64,000 nt of DNA, taken from positions 82,169 to 146,168 of the forward strand of contig JADJPR010000006.1 in NCBI GenBank assembly GCA_016713135.1, given 5' to 3'. A program made the position numbers and the translations under genes. Below, in pieces: positions 26,406 through 34,008 of the stretch. This stretch comes from Rhodanobacteraceae bacterium (GTDB lineage: Bacteria > Pseudomonadota > Gammaproteobacteria > Xanthomonadales > SZUA-5). The stretch's first letter is position 1, and the number at the start of each line of letters is the position of its first letter. Under the pieces are notes generated by a model, which saw only the letters and a program-made list of their open reading frames with translations, was not told where the DNA came from and made no database searches.

Positions 26406-28471
26406 ATCCAGAAGACAGTGGTCACGCGGCCCGGGCTGGCATTGGCGTAATTGATGTTCAGAGCGGTCGCGGCATTGGTGTAGATCGCGACATTGCCCAG
26501 GTTGACCCTGCCGGTGTTGCCGCCAAGCGCGACGGGCGTGGTGGCGAAGCGGGCGCCGGCAGTGCCGAGGTTGAGATTTGTGAAGGTGACATTGCGGGCA
26601 TTGTTGTTGATGACGACCCCACCCGATGCGTTGCTGCCAGTCACCGCCAGACCGACGATGTTGACTGCAGGGCCGGCATTCGCCTTGTTGATGGTTCCGC
26701 CGTAGGTGAAGTTGAGCGCATTGGTACCGGCGCCGTTGACCAGGTTCACCACGGCATTGCTGGCACCGGCGGTGCTGTTGAGCGTGCCGGCGGCCGCGGT
26801 CACGGTGCCGGCGCAGCCATCGAAGGACACGCCATTGCTGCCGCCGGCCGCCGTCAGCGTGGCCAGCGCCAGATTCGCGGTGCCGCCGGTGCAGACCACC
26901 GCGGGGCCCGCGCTGGTGGTGATCGCACTGGTGTTGTTGCTGACGGTCAGGGCTGCGTTGGTCAGTGAGATGCCGACGGTGCCGCCGGTCGAGGTCAGCG
27001 TGGCCAGTTGCAGCAGGAAGTCGCTGGCGGAGGCGCTGTTGACGCGGATGGCCTCGGTGGTCGGACTGCTGATGGTCGTGGTGCCGGTGACGATGACGTC
27101 GTTGTTGCCCACCGGGCTGTCCACGCTGATGCCGCGCGCGTTGCTGCTGGTCGATGACAGTGTGGTGAAGGTGGCATTCGCCACGAGATTCACGTTTTCC
27201 AGGTACAACGCCGGGCCGTCGGTGGACGTCAGCACGCTGTTGGTGCCGTCGATGCGCAGACGACCACCGTCAGAGCTGAAGGCCTGGGTGTCGGTGCTGG
27301 TCGCATCGGCGAGCACACCTTCGGCGAAGATCACTCGCGATGTCGCATTGTTGCCCTGAAGCCGGATCAGCGGTTCACTCGCGGCGCCGCCGTTCAGATC
27401 GACACCTGCCAGGGTCACGGTTCCGGCGGCGCCCTGCGTGGTGATGGCCAGTCCGCGGGTGTTGCTGCTGCTGAGATCGCTGGCGCTGTCGAAGGTGATC
27501 GTGCCACTGTTGTCCGAGACATTCAGCACGTAGCCGCCGGTGAAGGCGGACACAGTGGTTCCGAACAGACTGACTGCGGCCGCGTTGTTGAGGAAGGACA
27601 GGGCTGATCCGGTCGCCTGGGTAGCGCCAGTGATGGCGACGCCCTGGATCGTGATCACGCCCGCGCTGTTGATGAACTCGATCGCACCGCTGGCTCCGGC
27701 GGCAGAAGCAATGCCAATGCCCTCCAGCGTGAAGCCGCCGGCCCCGTTGCCGGAAATGGCCTTGCCGCCGGAATTGGCGATATTGAACTCGCGGACACGG
27801 CCGCCAGCGCCGAACAACTCGATCAAGGGGAAGCTGTTGCCGGACGAAATCAGCGGCCGGGTGCCTGGCGGAACATCGTTGGCGGTGCCGACCAGATCGA
27901 GGCCCGCCGCCTCGCCAAACAGCTTCTGCCCGGGTTCCAGGTCGAAGGTCACATCGTAGGTGCCGGCAAACACGAAAATGGTGTCGCCGTTGGCGTCCAT
28001 ATCGCCGACGCCGGAAGCGCCGTTGAGCGGGGCGAAGCTGTTGAACGGCGCCGAGCGCGTTCCGTTGCCGCCCGCCGGTGCGCTGTCGTCGACGAACCAG
28101 ACGGTTTCGCCACTCACGTCGATGCTGACCAGAGCAGTGCTCGCGCCGGTGGCGTCGCGCACGGTGTACTGGAAGCTGTCGACGCCGCGGAAGCCCGGCA
28201 CCGGCTGGTAGCTGAAGCTGCCGTCGGCGGCGACGATCACGCGCCCGCCAAACTGGCTGAACTCGTCGCTGGACTCGAGCCGGTGAGTCGTTGCATTGAA
28301 GCCGGTGTCGTTGGCCAGCAGGCCGGAACCGACGGGCACGCTCAACGAGGCATTGACGTTGACACTGTAGCTGTCATTGGCAACCGTGGGCGCCGCGCCG
28401 GCGGTGGACGCGGCAGCGCACGCAAGCGCCGCAGCCAACCAGTGAGAGGACCTGAAGACCGGTGCGGGCAT
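26402..28471 (-). CDS. Secreted beta-helix / cadherin-like-domain protein, N-terminal segment
   Basis: ATG 28471 has GGGAG about 8 nt upstream, and MPAPVFRSSHWLAAALACAAASTAGAAP looks like a signal peptide. It is followed by TVANDSYSVNVNASLSVPVGSGLLANDTG (cadherin/VCBS-like) and then a long T/G/A/N-rich beta-helix-like sequence. Confidence 0.75.
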   Translation of the reverse strand: MPAPVFRSSHWLAAALACAAASTAGAAPTVANDSYSVNVNASLSVPVGSGLLANDTGFNATTHRLESSDEFSQFGGRVIVAADGSFSYQPVPGFRGVDSFQYTVRDATGASTALVSIDVSGETVWFVDDSAPAGGNGTRSAPFNSFAPLNGASGVGDMDANGDTIFVFAGTYDVTFDLEPGQKLFGEAAGLDLVGTANDVPPGTRPLISSGNSFPLIELFGAGGRVREFNIANSGGKAISGNGAGGFTLEGIGIASAAGASGAIEFINSAGVITIQGVAITGATQATGSALSFLNNAAAVSLFGTTVSAFTGGYVLNVSDNSGTITFDSASDLSSSNTRGLAITTQGAAGTVTLAGVDLNGGAASEPLIRLQGNNATSRVIFAEGVLADATSTDTQAFSSDGGRLRIDGTNSVLTSTDGPALYLENVNLVANATFTTLSSTSSNARGISVDSPVGNNDVIVTGTTTISSPTTEAIRVNSASASDFLLQLATLTSTGGTVGISLTNAALTVSNNTSAITTSAGPAVVCTGGTANLALATLTAAGGSNGVSFDGCAGTVTAAAGTLNSTAGASNAVVNLVNGAGTNALNFTYGGTINKANAGPAVNIVGLAVTGSNASGGVVINNNARNVTFTNLNLGTAGARFATTPVALGGNTGRVNLGNVAIYTNAATALNINYANASPGRVTTVFWM

Positions 28472-28615
28472 ACGCGAACTCCCAGTGCCGCGGGCGTGGC
28501 GATACACGTCCACGCGGCGCAATCAGTTGTCGATTTCACGGTTCGGGCCCCGGCCCTACCGCTCGTCGGACAATACGCCGAATACGTGTCAATGGGAGTA
28601 CGCACTCTTGCGAAT

Positions 28616-29112
28616 TCAGCGCAGCCAGGGCGCGTCAGGCTCGCGGTTGTTCCAGCCCAGTTGCGCGGCGGCCGCGCCCAGCACCTTCGACTCGATGCAC
28701 CCATCCTGGTGCAATGCGCGCAGCGCCGCGAACGCGATCGCGGACGCATCCACCTCGAAGAAATCGCGCAGTCCGGCACGGGTGTCGCTGCGGCCAAAGC
28801 CGTCGGTGCCGAGCGTGACGTAGCGCCGCGGCACCGCGGCGCGGATCAGTTCCGGCAATGCGCGCAGATAGTCGCTGGCGGCGATCACCGGCCCGGAGGT
28901 TGCCGCGAGCTGGCGCGAGACATAGGCCACCGGCGCCGGCTCGTCCCAGCGCACGCGCGCCAGACGCTCGCAGTCGATCGCATCGCGGTGCAGTTCGGTC
29001 CCGCTGGTCACGCTCCACACCTGGGCGTCGACGCCGAGCTCCGCGAGGAGGTCCGCGGCTTTCAGGGCCTGCGGAAGGATGGCGCCGGAGGCGAGGAGCT
29101 GAACCTGGGGAC
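28616..29112 (-). CDS. aceE: Pyruvate dehydrogenase E1 component, C-terminal ~165 aa, in a different frame from the N-terminal part
   Basis: The segment PQVQLLASGAILPQALKAADLLAELGVDAQVWSVTSGTELHRD...YVTLGTDGFGRSDTRAGLRDFFEVDA.. matches the AceE C-terminus (VQLLGSGSIL...RVLGTDGFGRSDSRENLRHHFEVDA). This frame is open from 29215 down to the stop at 28616. Confidence 0.85.
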
Positions 29113-29340
29113 GGCGGGATTCGGGAATGGGGAACGGGGAATCGGTGGCGGAACGCGCACGACGCCCCTTCAGCTTCCCAGGCCTTCGCCTATTCCCGGA
29201 TGCGTTGTTGCGGGCCTAACTGCGCAGGAAGCCGCTTGCGCCGCGAAGCCGTCCGCAACACTCGTAGCTCCCGATCGGTCAGACCCGCAAGAAGGTGGGC
29301 CGCCGCGCCACCAATTCCCCATTCCCGAGTCCCGAGCCCC
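29113..29340. mobile_element. ~228-bp MITE/REP-like element with ~35-bp terminal inverted repeats built from CGGGA(A/T/C)T heptamers, inserted in aceE
   Basis: The left end is ggcgggattcgggaatggggaacggggaatcggtggcgg. The reverse complement of the right end is gggctcgggactcgggaatggggaattggtggcgcggcgg. The element lies exactly where AceE homology is interrupted. Confidence 0.7.
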
Positions 29341-31547
29341 GGGCTCACGCAGTACATCCCCCTCAGCACGCCCTCCCGCACGCCCGCCGGCATCGACGGC
29401 TGCGGGTAGTTCTCGTTGCCAACGGTCAGGTAATAGAAGACGTCGTTCTGCTCGCCGAGCATCTCCTCGATGCCGCGCTGCACGATCAGGGCCACCTCGT
29501 AGGCGAAGGCCGGGTCGTAGGCGCGGCAGTTCGGCACGCCGGCGAAGCCGAGATGGCTGGCGCCGTCCTGGTGCTGCAGGCCCTCGCCGCCGAGGGTGGT
29601 GCGGCCGCTGGTGGCGCCGAGCAGGAAACCACGCGCACGCTGGTCGGCCGCGGCCCAGATCAGATCGCCGACGCGCTGCCAGCCGAACATCGAGTAATAG
29701 ATGTAGCAGGGCAGCATCGGCAGGTCGTGGGTCGAATAACTCGTCGCCGCAGCGATCCACGAGCTGATCGCACCGGCTTCGCTGATGCCCTCCTCCAGGA
29801 TCTGGCCGCTTTTCTCCTCGCGGTAGTAGAGCATCGAGCCGAGGTCCTCGGGCTCGTACTGCTGGCCGTGCGGCGCGTAGATGCCGACCTGGCGGAACAG
29901 GCTGGCCATACCGAAGGTGCGCGCCTCGTCGGCGACGATTGGCACCACGCGCGGGCCGAGCGCTGCGTCCTTCAGCAGGTTGCCGAGCATGCGCACCACC
30001 GCCATCGTGGTCGACATCTCCTTGGCCTCGGCCTCCAGCGCAAACTTCGCGAAGGACTCCACCGCGGGCACCGGCAGCTTCTCGCTGCTGCGCGCCCGGC
30101 GGCGCGGAAGCTGGCCGCCGAGTGCCGCGCGGCGCGCGTGCAGGTAGCGCATTTCCGGGCTGTCCTCGGCCGGCTTGTAGAAGCGCAACTGCTCGACCTC
30201 GGCATCCGCCAGCGGCAGCCCGAAGCGGTCGCGGAAGGCACGCAGCTCGTCGATGTCGAGCTTCTTCTGCTGGTGGGTGGTCATGCGGCCCTGGCCGGCC
30301 TTGCCCATGCCGAAGCCCTTCATGGTCTTGGCCAGCACTACGGTCGGTTGGCCCTTGTGCGCCAGTGCGTGGGCATAGGCCGCGTGCAGCTTGCGCGCAT
30401 CGTGGCCGCCGCGTTTCAGACGATCGATGTCGCCGTCCGACAGGCCCTCGACCAGCCCCGCGAGCTCCGCGTTCTGGCCGAAAAAGCGCTCGCGGTTGTA
30501 GGCGCCGTCGTTGGCGGAGAAGGTCTGGAACTGGCCGTCGACGGTGTGCGCGAAGGCGCGCAGCAGCTCGCCGCCGGTGTCGCGCGCGAACAGCGCGTCC
30601 CAATCGGAGCCCCACAGCACCTTGATCACGTTCCAGCCAGCGCCGGTGAACAGCGCCTCCAGCTCATCGATCACCCGGCTGTTGCCGCGCACCGGACCGT
30701 CGAGGCGCTGCAGATTGCAGTTGATGACGAAGGTCAGGTTGTCCAGCCGCTCACGCGCGGCGAGCGAGAGCGCGCCGATCGATTCGGGCTCGTCCATCTC
30801 GCCATCGCCGAAGAAGCCCCAGACGCGCCGGCCGTGGGTGGTCGCAAGACCCCGATGTTCGAGATAGCGCAGGAAGCGCGCCTGGTAGATCGCGCTGATC
30901 GGACCCAGGCCCATCGAGCCGGTCGGGAACTGCCAGAAATCCGGCATCAGCCAGGGATGCGGGTAGGAACACAGGCCGGGCGCGCCGATCTCGCGACGGT
31001 ACCGCGCGAGCCGTTCCTCCGGCAGGAAGCCTTCGAGGTACGCACGCGCGTAAACACCAGGTGAGGAGTGCGGCTGGAAGTACACCAGGTCCGCGCCGTC
31101 CGGGTGGCCGGCGGCCTTGAAGAAATGGTGGAAGCCCACCTCGAACAAATCGGCCGCTGACGCATAGCTGGCAATATGCCCGCCTAGTTCGCCGGCCTCG
31201 GTATTGGCGCGCACCACCATCGCCAGCGCGTTCCAGCGCATCGCCGCGCCCAAGCGAGCTTCCAGTTCCAGATCGCCGGGGTAGGGCGGCTGCGCCGTGT
31301 GCGCAATGGTATTGCAGTAGGGCGTGATGCGCGCGCGGGCCGACTGCACGCCGCGCGTGAGGGCGTGGTCGGCCAGTCGATCGTAGAGGTACTGCGCGCG
31401 CTCCTTGCCGTCAATGTGGACGACCGCGTCGAGGGCCTCCAGCCATTCGCGCGTTTCCTCGGGATCGGCGTCCGCGACGGTCGGCGTCACCGCCAGCACA
31501 CGTTCGGCGGCACGGGGAAAATCGCGGTCGTTTTCGGGGAGGGACAT
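29190..31547 (-). CDS. aceE: Pyruvate dehydrogenase E1 component, N-terminal ~5/6. It reads into an inserted element and stops inside it.
   Basis: From ATG 31547 (MSLPENDRDF..) the sequence is collinear by eye with E. coli AceE. Shared motifs include PYPGDLELE, HISPGVYARA-like SSPGVYARAYLEG, GDGEMDEPES, NCNLQRLDGPV and FGFQR-like FGWQRVGD. Similarity ends at ..EGVLRGMYCVS (~29341). The remaining 50 codons are element-derived. Confidence 0.9.
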   Translation of the reverse strand: MSLPENDRDFPRAAERVLAVTPTVADADPEETREWLEALDAVVHIDGKERAQYLYDRLADHALTRGVQSARARITPYCNTIAHTAQPPYPGDLELEARLGAAMRWNALAMVVRANTEAGELGGHIASYASAADLFEVGFHHFFKAAGHPDGADLVYFQPHSSPGVYARAYLEGFLPEERLARYRREIGAPGLCSYPHPWLMPDFWQFPTGSMGLGPISAIYQARFLRYLEHRGLATTHGRRVWGFFGDGEMDEPESIGALSLAARERLDNLTFVINCNLQRLDGPVRGNSRVIDELEALFTGAGWNVIKVLWGSDWDALFARDTGGELLRAFAHTVDGQFQTFSANDGAYNRERFFGQNAELAGLVEGLSDGDIDRLKRGGHDARKLHAAYAHALAHKGQPTVVLAKTMKGFGMGKAGQGRMTTHQQKKLDIDELRAFRDRFGLPLADAEVEQLRFYKPAEDSPEMRYLHARRAALGGQLPRRRARSSEKLPVPAVESFAKFALEAEAKEMSTTMAVVRMLGNLLKDAALGPRVVPIVADEARTFGMASLFRQVGIYAPHGQQYEPEDLGSMLYYREEKSGQILEEGISEAGAISSWIAAATSYSTHDLPMLPCYIYYSMFGWQRVGDLIWAAADQRARGFLLGATSGRTTLGGEGLQHQDGASHLGFAGVPNCRAYDPAFAYEVALIVQRGIEEMLGEQNDVFYYLTVGNENYPQPSMPAGVREGVLRGMYCVSPGLGTREWGIGGAAAHLLAGLTDRELRVLRTASRRKRLPAQLGPQQRIRE

Positions 31548-31710
31548 GCTGCACAGGCTCGACGGAAGCTGGGCGCGAAGACTAGGCTGGAATGGGCCAC
31601 GGCGGCAGTCTCGCCGAATTCCCTTCGGTCGGCATCCGTGCACCCACGCCTGGTTCAACGTTTCTGCGCTTGCCCTACGATGCTGCGGCCCAAGGACCGG
31701 AGTCACTTTG

Positions 31711-32508
31711 ATGCCTCGATTCCACCAGCATTCCTGGGCGTGCATGCGATGCCTACTGGCGGGTGTCGCACTGCTGCTGACGGGCGTTCCTGCCACTGCG
31801 TCGAGCCTCTACAAGTGCACCACCGCCAGCGGCGGCGTCATCTATGCAGACCGGCCCTGCGGCCAGACCGGCACGGCCGGCGAAGCCGTCGTGAGCCAAC
31901 AATCGCTGGGGCAGCCATCGGAAAGCACCGCCGTCCCCGACGGGGCCGCCCTGACCCGGCGTTGCGCGGCGCCGGTCGGAAAACCCGTTGCCATCAAGGA
32001 CGCGCTGGAACAGCTGCCGGAGCCGCAGCGCCTCGCCCTGATGGGCATCGTCCGTGGCATGGTCCTGGCCGGCGTCAAGCGCGAGGATTTCGACGCGATC
32101 CAGGCGCACCTCGACGGCCGTGGGACGCTGATGCTGTGCCGGGCGGTCGAGGGCGGCTGGCTGGCGCATCGGATCGAGGCAAACGGCCAGGTGTTCAGAC
32201 TGTCACGCAGCGGGCGCGTCACCGTGCACAACGATGCCAACGACCCGGTCACGCTGGCCGGCCGCTGCGGGGATCTGGTGACCGCATGCTTCCAGCCCGG
32301 AGTGGCGGGACACTCGCTGGACCAATGCTTCGCCCATGCGCCGGTTTGCCCTGGCGGCAGGCTGACCCCGGATGCCCGGTGCTGTCCGCAGGCATGCAAG
32401 GACGCGTATCGCGAGCGACGGGCGGCGGGTGAGGATCCGCTGACGGTGTCGACCGAGGTGCTGTTTCCCCGCGAAGGTCCCGGGCAGTCGTGCACGCAGG
32501 TGCGCTGA
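31711..32508 (+). CDS. DUF4124-like secreted protein
   Basis: From ATG 31711 the N-terminus MPRFHQHSWACMRCLLAGVALLLTGVPATASS looks like a signal peptide. It is followed by LYKCTTASGGVIYADRPC, the characteristic DUF4124 opening. Confidence 0.7.
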   Translation: MPRFHQHSWACMRCLLAGVALLLTGVPATASSLYKCTTASGGVIYADRPCGQTGTAGEAVVSQQSLGQPSESTAVPDGAALTRRCAAPVGKPVAIKDALEQLPEPQRLALMGIVRGMVLAGVKREDFDAIQAHLDGRGTLMLCRAVEGGWLAHRIEANGQVFRLSRSGRVTVHNDANDPVTLAGRCGDLVTACFQPGVAGHSLDQCFAHAPVCPGGRLTPDARCCPQACKDAYRERRAAGEDPLTVSTEVLFPREGPGQSCTQVR

Positions 32509-32570
32509 GCGTGCTGGCGTGAACCCAAGGGCGATCACCGCCGTTCGCTCGGTTGCGGCTGTCGCAAGTG

Positions 32571-32588
32571 TGTAGTAACGTGCCTACA
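32571..32588 (+). promoter_or_regulatory. Candidate antitoxin operator (TGTAG-N8-CTACA) upstream of vapB
   Basis: The sequence tgtagtaacgtgcctaca lies 22-39 nt upstream of ATG 32610. GGAG is present at ~32597. Confidence 0.3.
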
Positions 32589-32609
32589 TACTCGTTGGAG
32601 CGCAAGGTC

Positions 32610-32864
32610 ATGACTGCAACCACCGTGTCCAGTCGCGAGTTCAACCAGAACGCCAGTGAAGCCAAGAAGGCCGCGAACGAGGGCCCAGTCTTCATCACCG
32701 ACCGTGGCAAGCCCGCGCATGTGCTGCTTTCGATCGAGGACTATCGGCGCTTGATCGGGGCCGGCATGAGCCTCGCGCAAGCGGTCGCGCAGGACGATGC
32801 GCCGGATGTGGACTTTGAACCTGCGCGTCTGGGTCAGATCGCCCGGCCAGCCGAGTTCGATTGA
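32610..32864 (+). CDS. vapB: Type II antitoxin, Phd/YefM-like (VapB partner)
   Basis: The 84-aa product is MTATTVSSREFNQNASEAKKAANEGPVFITDRGKPAHVLLSIEDYRRL.. Its stop overlaps the start of the PIN toxin gene. Confidence 0.8.
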   Translation: MTATTVSSREFNQNASEAKKAANEGPVFITDRGKPAHVLLSIEDYRRLIGAGMSLAQAVAQDDAPDVDFEPARLGQIARPAEFD

Positions 32865-33274
32865 TGTACCTGCTCGACACCAACGTGGTGTCGGAGCTGC
32901 GCCGGCCACAGCGCGCCAACCCGCGCGTGCTCGCATGGGCAAACGCGCAAGCGGCGGCGAGTTGCTTCCTGTCAGTGATCAGCCTGCTGGAACTGGAACT
33001 GGGTGCGCTGAGGGTGGCGCGCCGGGACGCCGGACAAGGCGCATTGCTGCGCGAGTGGATCAACGATCAGGTATTGACCCGTTTTGACGGCCGGATCATG
33101 GCGGTGGACCTCAAGGTGGCTTTGCGTTGCGCAAGCCTGCATGTGCCTGACCCGCGCGCCGAGCGCGATGCGCTGATCGCAGCGACCGCGCTGGTGCATG
33201 GAATGACGGTAGTCACGCGCAATCTGGCGGACTTCGCACCCATCGGAGTCCAGACCCTGAATCCGTGGGACTGA
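32861..33274 (+). CDS. vapC: PIN-domain toxin, VapC family
   Basis: MMYLLDTNVVSELRRP...ISLLELELG...DALIAATALVHGMTVVTRNLADF shows the acidic PIN residues in the usual order. Confidence 0.85.
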   Translation: MMYLLDTNVVSELRRPQRANPRVLAWANAQAAASCFLSVISLLELELGALRVARRDAGQGALLREWINDQVLTRFDGRIMAVDLKVALRCASLHVPDPRAERDALIAATALVHGMTVVTRNLADFAPIGVQTLNPWD

Positions 33275-33347
33275 CCATACCGGGTCATAGGCCGGGTTTG
33301 AGGCGCAGTTGAACGGAAAGTGGCTTTGATCGCTTGCGACGTCACTT

Positions 33348-33650
33348 TCAGAGCCTTGTTCGGCTCCTGGCCGGGGGCCATTGCCGCGCAGTGTGGACTA
33401 GCGCCAGCACCCACAGGGTGTTTTGATCGACGTCGATTTCGTACACCAGCCGGTAACTCTCATGCGGAATCCACTCACGAGTGCCGAGGATCGTGCCGGT
33501 ATGCCCAAGCATGGGGAAATCCGCCAGCCTGACGGCAGCGTCGGTGAACAACTGGTCCATTCGCACTGCGGCAGTCAGATCGTCTGCCGCAATGATGTCC
33601 CAGATGTCTCCGCGATCCTGCTCGGCCTCGGGTGTCCAGACAACTTTCAC
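33348..33650 (-). CDS. parE: RelE/ParE-family toxin
   Basis: The 100-aa product is MKVVWTPEAEQDRGDIWDIIAADDLTAAVRMDQLFTDAAVRLADFPMLGHTG....YRLVYEIDVDQNTLWVLALVH. It overlaps the upstream antitoxin gene by 4 nt. Confidence 0.8.
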   Translation of the reverse strand: MKVVWTPEAEQDRGDIWDIIAADDLTAAVRMDQLFTDAAVRLADFPMLGHTGTILGTREWIPHESYRLVYEIDVDQNTLWVLALVHTARQWPPARSRTRL

Positions 33651-33925
33651 GCCTGGCCGGTCGCCTTGGCGCGTCGGGCGGCGAATTTGGCTTCGACCTC
33701 ATCATTGGACTGGCCATGGCCTGCTCGCATGGAGGTCCGTGCCGCATCGACCTTGCGCTGCAGGAACGCGTCGTACTCGCGGGCCTGGCGCTGGCGCTGT
33801 ACGAACTCGCGCATCAGCTCCCGCACCACCTGCGAGGCGGGACGGTGTGCCGCCTCAGCTTCGGCCATGAATTGATCCCGCAAGTCAGGTTCCAGCTTCA
33901 TCGTGAAAACGGCTTCTTTCGACAT
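33647..33925 (-). CDS. parD: Ribbon-helix-helix antitoxin (ParD/CopG-like)
   Basis: ATG 33925 has GAGGTGG upstream. The product MSKEAVFTMKLEPDLRDQFMAEAEAAHRPASQVVRELMREFVQRQ.. is a typical RHH N-terminus. Confidence 0.75.
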   Translation of the reverse strand: MSKEAVFTMKLEPDLRDQFMAEAEAAHRPASQVVRELMREFVQRQRQAREYDAFLQRKVDAARTSMRAGHGQSNDEVEAKFAARRAKATGQA

Positions 33926-33955
33926 GGCCACCTCGCGGGTCCAACTCATGATGAC

Positions 33956-33977
33956 GTAGTATATACGTTGTCACTAC
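33956..33977 (-). promoter_or_regulatory. Candidate parDE operator/promoter (GTAGT-N12-ACTAC around a TATATA core)
   Basis: The sequence gtagtatatacgttgtcactac lies 31-52 nt upstream of the parD start. TATACT on the coding strand could serve as a -10 box. Confidence 0.3.
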
Positions 33978-34008
33978 CTCGCATCAGGACCCGGCCGAAA
34001 ACCCGCCC

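Noticed and set aside
28523-28615. Rho-independent terminator downstream of aceE
   Set aside because: Only a 5-bp GGGCC/GGCCC palindrome with a 2-nt loop is present, with no U-tract. That is too weak to call.
28283-31064. Plus-strand ORFs 28283-29767 and 29295-31064, and the minus-strand alternative frame 29170-30615
   Set aside because: They overlap aceE, whose frame is confirmed by collinearity with E. coli AceE. All are Arg/Pro/Ala-rich.
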